A stretch of DNA of 64,000 nucleotides from Candidatus Sumerlaeota bacterium (GTDB taxonomy: Bacteria > Sumerlaeota > Sumerlaeia > MWCT01 > JAUWMI01), in contig JAUWMI010000003.1 in NCBI GenBank assembly GCA_030613245.1, positions 1,062 to 65,061 of the forward strand, given 5' to 3'. This document shows, piece by piece, positions 19,038 to 28,000 of the stretch (position 1 is the stretch's first letter; each line of letters opens with the position of its first letter). Position numbers and translations under genes: made by a program. The notes below the pieces were generated by a model. It had not been told where the DNA came from. It worked only from the letters and a program-made list of their open reading frames with translations, and searched no databases.

Positions 19038-19475
19038 ATGGCGGTGATGAAAAAGGTAACACCGGCGAAGATGTTTATGGGTAAGCTCACGTATGGTGCT
19101 GATTTGCTGGAGGAGCTCACTGAACTTTGCAGAAGGGAAAACATTCACCTCGGGCGTGTGGAGGCGCTGGGAGCGGTTTCGCGAGTGCGTCTTGCATTCT
19201 ACGATCAGCAGACGCGCGAGTACCAATTCTTTGAACTGGATCAGCCGCTGGAAATTACCAAGCTCGTTGGCAATGTTTCAATAAAGGATGGAAAACCCAT
19301 GGTGCATGCGCACGTCACCCTGGCGGACGAGGCTGGAAAAGCCTTTGGTGGGCATCTCGCACCGGGGACAATAGTTTTCGCTTGCGAATTCATCTTGCAA
19401 GCGTTTGAAGGGCCGGTGTTTGAAAGGGGATTTGACGAACAGACCGGCCTGCCTTTGTGGACAATGTCAGAGTGA
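19038..19475 (+). CDS. PPC (PCC/DUF296) domain protein.
   Basis: 'GKLTYGADLLEELTELCRRENIHLGRVEALGAVSRVRLAFYD...HAHVTLADEAGKAFGGHLAPGTIVFACEF' matches the DUF296/PPC fold pattern found in AT-hook PPC proteins. Confidence 0.6.
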   Translation: MAVMKKVTPAKMFMGKLTYGADLLEELTELCRRENIHLGRVEALGAVSRVRLAFYDQQTREYQFFELDQPLEITKLVGNVSIKDGKPMVHAHVTLADEAGKAFGGHLAPGTIVFACEFILQAFEGPVFERGFDEQTGLPLWTMSE

Positions 19476-19490
19476 AGGGGTATGAATAAT

Positions 19491-19554
19491 GGCGAACGGC
19501 AAGGTGCAGCTGCCTTGGTATTCCGCGTCGCTCCATACCAAGCAGCTGAGCTGC
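19491..19554. repeat. ~60-bp hairpin-forming repeat, copy 1 (the second copy is at 20851-20910).
   Basis: AGGTGCAGCTGcCTTGGTATtccgcgtcgctccATACCAAGCAGCTGAGCT. This is a long imperfect stem. An identical core occurs after the next gene. Confidence 0.8.
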
Positions 19555-19582
19555 TGATCGTTCGGCCTGAGGAGAGCAATAA

Positions 19583-20809
19583 ATGGTGAAACGCCTTTTG
19601 ATTAGCGTGTTTATGTTTACTCTCTGGCTCACGCTGTGCGCTTCAGTTCATGGTTACATTTCCAACCCATTCAATGCAAAGCGTCTCCTTGATTCGGCAG
19701 ATTTAGTCTGCCATGGAAAGGTTGTTTCAGTTACCGCGCATGAAGTCGAGAAGGACTCCCGATTCCATCCGCCTTTGGAAACTGAGGGAGGTATGGCGAG
19801 GATACGCATAATCAATATCATCAAGGGAAAGGTTCCTGGTGTTATTGACGTTGTATTCAGGAAGCCTGCTTCGACAGTGCTTTACACTCAACTGGCGCAA
19901 GACGAAGAGTGTATTCTTTTCTTAAGGTCAACAAAAGGATACTACCGGTTTGTTGACGACCACAACGGCAAACTCTCTATTCCGCCTCATAAGGCGATTC
20001 AGTACAAGTCCGAATCCCCTGAAGATCGAATGGTTGCGGAGCTGATATTTGGCACTGAGGCTGATTCGGGCCGTATCCGGCTCGTCTGTGCCGAACAGCT
20101 CGGAGACTTTGCGCATACTGAGGCGGTAGCTCGTCTGAAGGCTCTTAGCTTAGTCAACGGCATGGAGCTGCAAGGCGTCGCCTACGCAGCTTTGATTCGG
20201 CTGGACCACCCCCCGGAGGCCAAAGAGCTTGCCGGTTTCTTTGCACGGCAAGACAATACTGGGTCTTCCGAGCGATTCGGTACAACAAAATACAGCAATG
20301 GGCACCTAAAGGGAAAGATTCTCATCGAGCTTCACCAACGATTCAACGTGATATGCCGAGACTTTAATCTTCCTTACAGCAGTTCTAAGCATGTCGCCCG
20401 TAAGGAGGCCGCAAGAAAAGCGGCAGGGCAATGGAAAGACTTCGACCTCATCCACTTTCTTAACTCAGCGCCGTGGAAAGATTGCGATACCAGCTCTGTC
20501 ATCTACAACCGGGTCATAGCCGACATTGTGGGCGACCAAATTGATAGACAGGGGGCGCCCGCTGTTAGCAATAAGACATATCGCAAGGGAAGCAAGTCGA
20601 TCGTGTTGGGCCTGCTTGAAAGTGAAAATAGCGAGATTCGTTGCGCGGCAGCACGCGCTATAGACAGAATGATTGCCGAACCCCACAAGTTTCCCTATCC
20701 ACAATACAGAAACGGTGTTAGAAAAATAGAGGAGGTTGATGCGTACGTTAATGCCTGTCGCGAATGGATTGCTGCTCACAAAGAGTGGGTCAATGAAAAC
20801 GAGAAATAG
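19583..20809 (+). CDS. Secreted hypothetical protein with HEAT/PBS-lyase-like helical repeats.
   Basis: Signal peptide 'MVKRLLISVFMFTLWLTLCASVHG'. The middle region has helical repeats with 'RLVCAEQLGDFAHTEAVARLKAL' HEAT-like units. Confidence 0.4.
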   Translation: MVKRLLISVFMFTLWLTLCASVHGYISNPFNAKRLLDSADLVCHGKVVSVTAHEVEKDSRFHPPLETEGGMARIRIINIIKGKVPGVIDVVFRKPASTVLYTQLAQDEECILFLRSTKGYYRFVDDHNGKLSIPPHKAIQYKSESPEDRMVAELIFGTEADSGRIRLVCAEQLGDFAHTEAVARLKALSLVNGMELQGVAYAALIRLDHPPEAKELAGFFARQDNTGSSERFGTTKYSNGHLKGKILIELHQRFNVICRDFNLPYSSSKHVARKEAARKAAGQWKDFDLIHFLNSAPWKDCDTSSVIYNRVIADIVGDQIDRQGAPAVSNKTYRKGSKSIVLGLLESENSEIRCAAARAIDRMIAEPHKFPYPQYRNGVRKIEEVDAYVNACREWIAAHKEWVNENEK

Positions 20810-20850
20810 AGTTTCATGCCAGGTACTAGTCTTGCGTCATGAAGAGGCCG

Positions 20851-20910
20851 GAGCAGAGAAGGTGCAGCTGACTTGGTATTCCGCGTCGCTCCATACCAAG
20901 CAGCTGAGCT
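20851..20910. repeat. ~60-bp hairpin-forming repeat, copy 2.
   Basis: AGGTGCAGCTGaCTTGGTATTCCGCGTCGCTCCATACCAAGCAGCTGAGCT, the same core as 19491-19554. Confidence 0.8.
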
Positions 20911-20989
20911 AAACCGTTAGGCGGCCACACCTCAAGCCCACGAGTCAAGACTGCTGGTGGGTGTGTGATTCAACGATAATTGGGGGCAA

Positions 20990-21685
20990 TTGGGCAACAC
21001 GAAACTGGTCGAAAGGATGTTTGGAGCAAATATGAAGCAAGTAAAGATTTTTAGAGAGCTGTTTGACAAAAAGGCACTTAGAGTATTTTCTCGCCTCGAC
21101 AGCCCGATCAAGATTCAAGATTTCCTGGATGGACTCCCCTATAGCACGGAAGACACTTATCGTTGTCCTCGGAGTGTCTTGCGAGATCGTCAGGCGGACT
21201 GTTTTGACGGTGCCTTGTTTGCGGCGGCAGCGTTGCGGCACATTGGGCATCCCCCGTTGATTCTCAATATGCTGCCAAACAATCGCGATGATGATCATGT
21301 GGTGGCGCTGTACAAGCGTGCTGGATGCTGGGGTGCAGTGGGGAAGTCAAATTATTTCGGGCTGCGTTTTCGCGAGCCTATTTATCGCACCGTGCGCGAA
21401 CTGGTTATGTCGTACTTTGAGCTTTACTTCAACGTGAGGGGCGAAAAGACGCTGCGCAGCTACACGGGGCCTCTGAATTTGCAGAGCTTTGATAAGCTCA
21501 ACTGGATGGTGAGCGACGAACCCTTGGAGGCGATTGCGGATCGTTTAGACGAAATTCGAAGAGTCCCGCTCATCACGAGGCGTATGGCGGCTCGGCTTTC
21601 ACTTGCGGACAAGCGGTCTTACCAGGCGGGGATGCTCGGCGTGAATCTGGCAGGGGTTTTTAAGCCGCGGAGAAAAAGTACGTAA
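20990..21685 (+). CDS. Putative transglutaminase-like/papain-fold cysteine peptidase domain protein.
   Basis: Candidate catalytic Cys in 'RQADCFDGALFAAAALRHIG' and His in 'DDHVVALYKRAGCWGAVGKSNY'. The spacing resembles transglutaminase-like/BtrH-type cysteine peptidases. Weak call. Confidence 0.35.
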   Translation: MGNTKLVERMFGANMKQVKIFRELFDKKALRVFSRLDSPIKIQDFLDGLPYSTEDTYRCPRSVLRDRQADCFDGALFAAAALRHIGHPPLILNMLPNNRDDDHVVALYKRAGCWGAVGKSNYFGLRFREPIYRTVRELVMSYFELYFNVRGEKTLRSYTGPLNLQSFDKLNWMVSDEPLEAIADRLDEIRRVPLITRRMAARLSLADKRSYQAGMLGVNLAGVFKPRRKST

Positions 21686-22407
21686 GGAAGATTTGCAAAA
21701 AATGTAGACAGAAGGTGTTTTATTGACTCGTTTTGTACCAGAAAGTGCTAAGAATGCCGTATGTCCCCATTTTGTCTCCCCTTTTGTCCCAACGGATGAT
21801 TCTCAATGCAAATCCGCGCGTGTATCCGTGGTATTAATAGTAAGTCAATTTACTCAGATTAAACCGCAGATGAACACAGACAAACACAAAAATAATTCAT
21901 ATATTTAAACCGCAGATGAACGCAGATAAATACTTAAGAAAAGACAGATTAAGAATTTACAGGAATGTAAACGAATGTGATGTATTTATTCGTGTCTATT
22001 TGTGCCTATTTGTGTCCATTCGTGGTAAATTGTTTGTACATTTCTTTGTTATTTGAATTGTAACCGCAGATGAACGCAGATGGACACAGATAAATATTTA
22101 AGAAAAGACCGAACACGAATTTACACGAATAAATGCCTATTTTAAGCAAGAGTGCGTAGTGCTGCGCGTACTCAATACTGCAAAAATACACCAGGCACAG
22201 TGCAAAGCTGCGCTATTTTGCATTTCATGGAAAGATGGTGTTACAAAATGCGGACGCGCACTTCCATGTCAGGAAGCAGCGGAACTGGTGGGAGCGTGAC
22301 TTACCAGTAGTGCCACGCACATGAGGAGCGAAACAGCCGAAAAGAGGCGGCACCGAAGACGTAATCGTTGGAGGGGCGCCATGGGCACGTGGGAGTTGAA
22401 TCTCCTG

Positions 22408-23898
22408 CTAGGGTTCGTGATTTTCAAGCATTTTGCTATGAGCTTGAGCGATCAATTCTCGGACAGTCGCCTTCTTGGTAGTGCACTCAATGGTGGCGAT
22501 GTCAAGCCGGATACGCCGATCTGTCTTATCAATCGCGATGCTTCTTACGCGAATCTGTTCTTTCAGGCGGCCCGCCAGCGCCTGAGCTTGCTGGAGCGGA
22601 GTTTCAGGTAGAAGAATAACAAACGTGCTTTCTTCAAAGCGCGCCAGGAAGTCGGTGTCGCGAATTGCATCTTTGAGACACTGCGTGGCATTGCGGAGCA
22701 GCTTGGTGGCTTCGTTTGGCCCCTTGAGTTTCAGGTAACCGTCGAAATAGTGGATGCCAACCATCATCAGGGTCAACGGCCGGTCGTAGCGCTTATAGCG
22801 GTTCAGCTCTTCCTGGAATTTGCCATGGAAATATTTAAAATTGAGAATTTCTAGCCCGGTATCCAGAAAAGCCTGATCAAGGGTAGTTTCATAGAGATTG
22901 CCAGTGGCCGCAGCCATTTTCCCACGCGGCGTAATCTTGTAGCGGTAAACACTGCGCAAGATCGCCTCGGCGAGCTTGAATTGCTTTTGACAATTAAGGC
23001 AGAAGCAATTGATCCCGGGCTGGGGAAAGACTACTGCACAGACATTACAGACAAAACTCTCGCTCGGCTTCTCGTAGTCAACTCCGATGTGCCGAAGAAC
23101 CTCTTCGCATTTCGGGCAGACTAGCTCCATGCCGCGCTGGAACTCCTGCTTGGGCCCCACGTATGCGCACTTGAAATGATGGATCAACTCGGTCATGGTC
23201 ATGTCGGGATTCTTGCAGTCAGGGCAGACCTCCATGAAACTCAGATTATACACGTTGCAGAACGGACACAGGTGAATGTTCGTGTAAAAGTTCTTCTCCA
23301 GACAGCCTTTAAGGGAGAGATCAGCAAGATGTTGATCAGTTTCCGCTGCGCTAGCCTCAAGGATCTCCCGAGCTTCGGGATAGGAGTAGCCGAAGGAGGA
23401 GTGGATGTCAGGCAAGGGTAAGAGTTCCTTATCCGGCGTTTCTGAGAGGCGCTTAAGCAGTTCAATTTTTTTCAGGTCAATAGCGCTAATGGTTGGCAAT
23501 GCCGATTGCAGAATACGCGTGCGACTGATGATGGCTTTTACGCGAGTCAGAAAATCTTCAGGATCGTAGGGCTTCAGGATGTAATCGAATGCACCCACGT
23601 CAAAGTCTTTTTCCTTGTCAGCAATCTCACGCTTTTTGCCAGTGAGAAAGAGGTAGGGAATCAACGCTGTTTCTGGATCGCGCTTCAGGGTATGAGCCAC
23701 GGCAAGTCCGTCAATGTCAGGCATGCCGACGTCGAGTATGATTAGATGGGGCCGAAAGATTTTTGCTGCGTCCAGGGTATCAGCACCACGCTCAATTGAT
23801 TTCACCTCATAGTTTTCGCTGCGCAGATGCTCATGCAGGAGTGCTGCTTGATCGGGATCATTCTCAACAACGAGAATTTTCAACTTTGGCATTGGCAA
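22408..23898 (-). CDS. Response regulator with an N-terminal REC domain, a Cys-rich zinc-ribbon (TackOD1-like) middle domain and a degenerate, probably inactive, GGDEF-like C-terminal domain.
   Basis: REC: 'KILVVENDPDQ...HLIILDVGMPDIDGL...KPYD'. Middle: five CxxC pairs (CPFC, CPDC, CPKC, CNVC, CLNC). C-terminal: GGDEF-fold signatures ('RYDRPLTLMMVGIHYFD', 'DFLARFEESTFVILLPET') with GG[DE]EF replaced by EESTF. Confidence 0.65.
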   Translation of the reverse strand: MPMPKLKILVVENDPDQAALLHEHLRSENYEVKSIERGADTLDAAKIFRPHLIILDVGMPDIDGLAVAHTLKRDPETALIPYLFLTGKKREIADKEKDFDVGAFDYILKPYDPEDFLTRVKAIISRTRILQSALPTISAIDLKKIELLKRLSETPDKELLPLPDIHSSFGYSYPEAREILEASAAETDQHLADLSLKGCLEKNFYTNIHLCPFCNVYNLSFMEVCPDCKNPDMTMTELIHHFKCAYVGPKQEFQRGMELVCPKCEEVLRHIGVDYEKPSESFVCNVCAVVFPQPGINCFCLNCQKQFKLAEAILRSVYRYKITPRGKMAAATGNLYETTLDQAFLDTGLEILNFKYFHGKFQEELNRYKRYDRPLTLMMVGIHYFDGYLKLKGPNEATKLLRNATQCLKDAIRDTDFLARFEESTFVILLPETPLQQAQALAGRLKEQIRVRSIAIDKTDRRIRLDIATIECTTKKATVRELIAQAHSKMLENHEP

Positions 23899-24188
23899 GC
23901 CTCATTAATAAAAAATCATTTATGAAAATTAAACATAATAAGAATAAAAGCTGAGATAACTACTGTTTTCTTAGACCTATATATCCATCTTCTCAGGTGT
24001 CAAGGCTTTTTAGGGAGCACTTGCTCAAAAAATTGTTCTGGATATTAATACTTTGCAGATAATGCTGCAATTTGTTGCAGTCGGGATGGAAACGTAGTGG
24101 ACTGCTTGTGTTGAATAAAATTGGTGAGTGCGTGTAGTAGGGCCACCGAGACACGGAGGCACAGAGTAAATGGATAAGGCGGCAGGGT

Positions 24189-24839
24189 TCAAAATGCCGT
24201 TTTTTGAGAAAGAACGATGTCGCCTTCAGAGACTGTTCCGTTCGTTGGATCGTACGGCATATGGTTCGAGAAGACGGAATAGAGCTCATAAAGGTTCACA
24301 AGCCCGTCAGGGCCAACAGAGAGGAGTTTCCATTCGCCGTATTTGGCAATGCCAGCCAGGCATGCGTCCTCACTGACCGAGGGGCGCCATCCAATCCAAC
24401 TCGGGCCGAGGCCACCCCAATTCTCAAGGTTTGCCTCATAGTTGAGATAGCGATATTGGAAGAAATAGCGGAAGTAGGTAGTAACCTGGCGCTCGGAACG
24501 AAATGGGTCAAAGAAGAGTTCAGCCGAGACGTATGGCACAGGCGTGGTGAGCTGAATTGTGGGATACCATGGCCAGCCATCTTCGACGTCATTAGGGTAA
24601 TGAAGGTTGTCAATGCGATAGGATTCGAGCGCCATGGCCAGGGCGGTCATGTCGGTTTTGGCTGCGGCAATGCGATGGTTGACAAGGGCCTGGAAAAAGT
24701 TTGATGCGGTAGCTGCACCCAGTGTCGCTACCATCAGGCCGATGAGGCACCATTTGGCCATGGTTTCGATTTTCAGGATCATAATCCGCTGGAGAAATAC
24801 GCGGAAGCGCGCCCGCACAGTCTGAAGTTTTTGTGTCAT
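24189..24839 (-). CDS. GspG-like pseudopilin paralog with a non-canonical N-terminus (no G|FTLIE cleavage motif).
   Basis: Full-length homology to the 5072 and 50878 proteins ('ALESYRIDNLHYPNDVEDGWPWYPTIQLTTPVPYVS...GPD...YDPTNGTVSEGDIV'). The N-terminus is '...MAKWCLIGLMVATLGAATAS', so the TM helix is retained but the prepilin peptidase site and Glu+5 are not. Confidence 0.7.
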   Translation of the reverse strand: MTQKLQTVRARFRVFLQRIMILKIETMAKWCLIGLMVATLGAATASNFFQALVNHRIAAAKTDMTALAMALESYRIDNLHYPNDVEDGWPWYPTIQLTTPVPYVSAELFFDPFRSERQVTTYFRYFFQYRYLNYEANLENWGGLGPSWIGWRPSVSEDACLAGIAKYGEWKLLSVGPDGLVNLYELYSVFSNHMPYDPTNGTVSEGDIVLSQKTAF

Positions 24840-24927
24840 TTCTAGTCCTCCTGGAGTGGCCTAGGGTTTTTAGGTTTTTTCGCTCAGCCTTGTTGAAATT
24901 CGCAGAGGGCTATCTCTGCGCCTGCCT

Positions 24928-25521
24928 TTATTGTTTCTGATAACGAATGATATCGCCTTCAGAGTCAATTCCATTGGTTGGATCGTAAAGTAAATTGTTC
25001 GTGAAGAAGAAATACTGAATATTGTCATAGGATACATGCATATCAGGCCCAACAGAGAGCAGTTTCCATTTGCCGTATTTGGCCATGCCAGCCAGGCACT
25101 CCTCCTCACTGACCGCAGGGCGCCAATGAATCCACCCCGGGCCGACGCTCTTCCAACGCTCAAGGTTTGCCTCGTAGTTGATGTAGCGATGGAGGCGCCA
25201 GTAGCGGTGATAGGTAGGGGCTTGATATTCCGCACCACGAAAGGGATCGTGAAAGAGTTCGGGCGAGACGTAAGCGACCGGTGTGGTGAGTTGTACCGTG
25301 GGGAACCATGGCCAGCCATCTTCGACGTCGTTTGGGTATTTGAGATGGTCGAGGTGATACGCTTCCAGCGCCATGGCGAGCACAGACAGCTGGGTTTCGG
25401 TGGTGGCGATACGCTGACGTATGAGCGCGTCAAGGTAATTTATTTGTGTTGCGGCGCACAAGCTGACTGCCAGTACTGCACCGAGAAATAATTTTATGAA
25501 TAATCCATGTTTGCGTATCAT
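24928..25521 (-). CDS. GspG-like pseudopilin paralog with a degenerate prepilin signal (G-LFIKL, no Glu+5).
   Basis: 'MIRKHGLFIKLFLGAVLAVSLCAA...' aligns to 'KKGFTLIELLIVVAIIAILAA' of the canonical paralog. The C-terminus has 'SVGPDMHVSYDN...YDPTNGIDSEGDIIRYQKQ'. Confidence 0.7.
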   Translation of the reverse strand: MIRKHGLFIKLFLGAVLAVSLCAATQINYLDALIRQRIATTETQLSVLAMALEAYHLDHLKYPNDVEDGWPWFPTVQLTTPVAYVSPELFHDPFRGAEYQAPTYHRYWRLHRYINYEANLERWKSVGPGWIHWRPAVSEEECLAGMAKYGKWKLLSVGPDMHVSYDNIQYFFFTNNLLYDPTNGIDSEGDIIRYQKQ

Positions 25522-25562
25522 AGGAATTCTCTTCTAGTCAGTATTGCCTCGCACGCAGCTCA

Positions 25563-26753
25563 TCAGTAGTAGAGCTGCCAATTGGATGCATCGGTAGAAT
25601 AGAAAAGCACCATTCCCGATACGAAGCCACTCCCATCCGCATCGCCTTCATCTTCCTCATCATCGTAAATTCGCGTGTCAGCCCAGAAGTAGTTTGTCGT
25701 CCATGTATTGCCGTATGCAAAGATTTCGTTCGGGCTGTAATTTGCAAAATCATAGGGATTATTATTTTTGATGAGATTTCTTCCCAGGTCAGATGGAGTT
25801 CCGAAGTCGGGCAGGGCAGAGCGAAACGTGGTGACCCCGCCACAGCCGGGGCCGTTGTTTTCGATAGTATTGCTGCGGCAGAGCGGGTTCGCATCATCGG
25901 TGATCGCTATGCCGGCGTTGGTATTGTTCTGGATGGTATTATAGTAAAGTCCCGGGGCAGCACTTCGCCGGATGATTACGCCGTGGTCGTTTGCCGACAT
26001 GGTGTTTGCGTTTATGGTGGAGTGCGTGTTACCCGTGCAATAGAGGCCGGCCCAGGCGTTGCCGGTCAAAGAGGTTTCAGAGAGCGTGAGAGTTGAAGGC
26101 GCGTCGAGCAACATGAGGCCGGTGCCGTTGTTGGTTAAGGTATTATCGCTGAGATCCGAGATGTCAGGATCGGAAAGGAAGAGGCCAATGGCTTCAGAAT
26201 TGTTGGTGATTGTATTGTATTGCAGAAAGGGCCGGGCTTGCCCATACGCGTATATGGCCCCGTATTGACAGTGGGAGATGGTGGAGTTGGTAATCGTAGG
26301 GTCGCAGCCATAGCATGAAATGCCAATGGTGGCGTATTTCACCTCACAGTAATCTATCAGCGAGGACGTGCTGGTTGGCGAGAATACCAGCCCATGCCAG
26401 GTGCCCGGCGTCTCGGGATTGGCGGTAAAGATTACCGGACCTTGCGCTGTGTCCTGCGCCTGTAGCTGGCCGGCAATTTTAACGTAGTAGCCCGGCAGTG
26501 TTGGCTCCGAAGGGGCCAGCGCAACTAGCGTCTCGTTGGAGATTATTTCAAGCGCATCTCCTGAGGCAATCGTGAGATTTCCCTCCAGATAAAAGGTTGG
26601 CGAACTGCCGGTCACCGTTGGGCTGGAGATACTCACCAGGTCGGTCAGGGTGTACGTTTGTCCGGTTCCCGGGGTCTCAAAGTCTGCGCCACTCGCAAAG
26701 CGAGCAGCAAGCAGGATGACAGAGAATAAACCAACTCCCAGTAGTCTTCTCAT
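25563..26753 (-). CDS. Secreted right-handed parallel beta-helix repeat protein (NosD/pectin-lyase-fold-like) with a conserved acidic C-terminal tail.
   Basis: Signal peptide, then repeated 'N(T/S)I(T/S)xNxxxGI' beta-helix rungs (TITNSTISHCQYGAIYAYG, NTITNNSEAIGLFLSD, NTLTNNGTGLMLLD...). The C-terminus is '...YDDEEDEGDADGSGFVSG...NWQLYY'. Confidence 0.7.
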   Translation of the reverse strand: MRRLLGVGLFSVILLAARFASGADFETPGTGQTYTLTDLVSISSPTVTGSSPTFYLEGNLTIASGDALEIISNETLVALAPSEPTLPGYYVKIAGQLQAQDTAQGPVIFTANPETPGTWHGLVFSPTSTSSLIDYCEVKYATIGISCYGCDPTITNSTISHCQYGAIYAYGQARPFLQYNTITNNSEAIGLFLSDPDISDLSDNTLTNNGTGLMLLDAPSTLTLSETSLTGNAWAGLYCTGNTHSTINANTMSANDHGVIIRRSAAPGLYYNTIQNNTNAGIAITDDANPLCRSNTIENNGPGCGGVTTFRSALPDFGTPSDLGRNLIKNNNPYDFANYSPNEIFAYGNTWTTNYFWADTRIYDDEEDEGDADGSGFVSGMVLFYSTDASNWQLYY

Positions 26754-26773
26754 TTTTCCCCTCGCCTATTATC

Positions 26774-28000
26774 TTAATAGTAAAGCTGCCAACACGACTC
26801 TGCAGCTGTGGCTTCGTAGTGGACAATACCGGAGATAAAACCACTCCCATCCGCATCGCCAATGTCTTCTTCATCGTCGTAAATTACTGAGTCAATGTTC
26901 TGGGGAATGGTCCAGGAATTCCCGAAGGCCAGCAGATTATTCGTTGTAAAATTGACAAAATCGTATTCCAGATTGTCGCGGAAGGTATTCCCGCCAGGAG
27001 ATTCCACGAAACCAAGGTCCGGACGAGAGTCGTCAAACGCCACGAAGCCTCCAATGGCTGTGCTATTATTGGCAATTATGTTCTTGCGCACAACAGGGGA
27101 AGCATTCGCCGCCGTGGCGATGCCGAGCAGGGTATTGGACGACACCGTATTGCCGTCGAGCGTGGCGGTGGAATGGCTGGCAATCACGATGCCGGCATTG
27201 TTCCATTCAATCTGGTTGTTGCGAATAGAAGATGTGTCGTATCCAGCCGCATAGAGGCCGATCTCGGTATTGTAAGCTATTCGATTGTGTGCGACACTGG
27301 TGGCAGCTGCTGGGTCTGCGAGCACTACGCCGGCCTGGTTATCAGTGATGGTATTATTGGAGAGGGTTGCTCTGGAGAATCGGCTGAGCACGATGCCGGC
27401 GCCAGAATGGATAGCGAGAATCCTGGTGTCTGAAATGAAGGGCTCTGCAGCGCCATAGCAGTAAATCCCAGCATACTTGCACTGCGAGATAACACAGTGA
27501 TCAATTATGGGGCTTGCACCATAGCAAGTAATGCCAGCCACGGCATTCGAAAGTGCACAGTAGATCATCTCGCTTCCGGTTGATGTAGGGAGTATTTGAA
27601 TTCCGTACCACATGCCAGCGCGATCCGTGAGGGACGTCAGCATGCAGTAGGCATGCGGGTAGCCATAAGCCAGTAGGCGTCCGGCAATCTTGATGGCATA
27701 GCCAATGCTGGTGGGATCATCTGCGACGAAAAGTAGCTGGCCTCCAGCAAAATACAGCGTATCGCCGGGAGAGATTGTTAGGTTTCCGTTTAACTGAAAA
27801 TAGGCGCCATAGTATTGCACCGTACCTCCGGATAGAGCTGCAAGGGCATAGAGGTCGAATATTTCTCCTCGCCCCGGGGTTACGTAGTCTCTGGCACTAG
27901 CAGTGGCTGCGCAGATAGTTAGGATGAGAAAGAGTGTTGCACCATAAAAGAATCTCTTGCCCCGTATAAGAGGAGAATTTGACACCTGCTCAAGCTCCAT
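26774..28000 (-). CDS. Secreted right-handed parallel beta-helix repeat protein, paralog of 25563-26753.
   Basis: Same repeat type (HCVISQCKYAGIYCYGA, NNTITDNQAGVVLAD, NNQIEWNNAGIVIAS...). The C-terminus '...YDDEEDIGDADGSGFISGIVHY...CWQLYY' is nearly identical to the paralog's tail. Confidence 0.7.
   Translation of the reverse strand: MELEQVSNSPLIRGKRFFYGATLFLILTICAATASARDYVTPGRGEIFDLYALAALSGGTVQYYGAYFQLNGNLTISPGDTLYFAGGQLLFVADDPTSIGYAIKIAGRLLAYGYPHAYCMLTSLTDRAGMWYGIQILPTSTGSEMIYCALSNAVAGITCYGASPIIDHCVISQCKYAGIYCYGAAEPFISDTRILAIHSGAGIVLSRFSRATLSNNTITDNQAGVVLADPAAATSVAHNRIAYNTEIGLYAAGYDTSSIRNNQIEWNNAGIVIASHSTATLDGNTVSSNTLLGIATAANASPVVRKNIIANNSTAIGGFVAFDDSRPDLGFVESPGGNTFRDNLEYDFVNFTTNNLLAFGNSWTIPQNIDSVIYDDEEDIGDADGSGFISGIVHYEATAAESCWQLYY

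Noticed and set aside
22321-22611. 96-aa plus-strand ORF.
   Set aside because: It overlaps the C-terminal coding region of the response-regulator gene on the opposite strand. It has no motif and an Arg-rich start.
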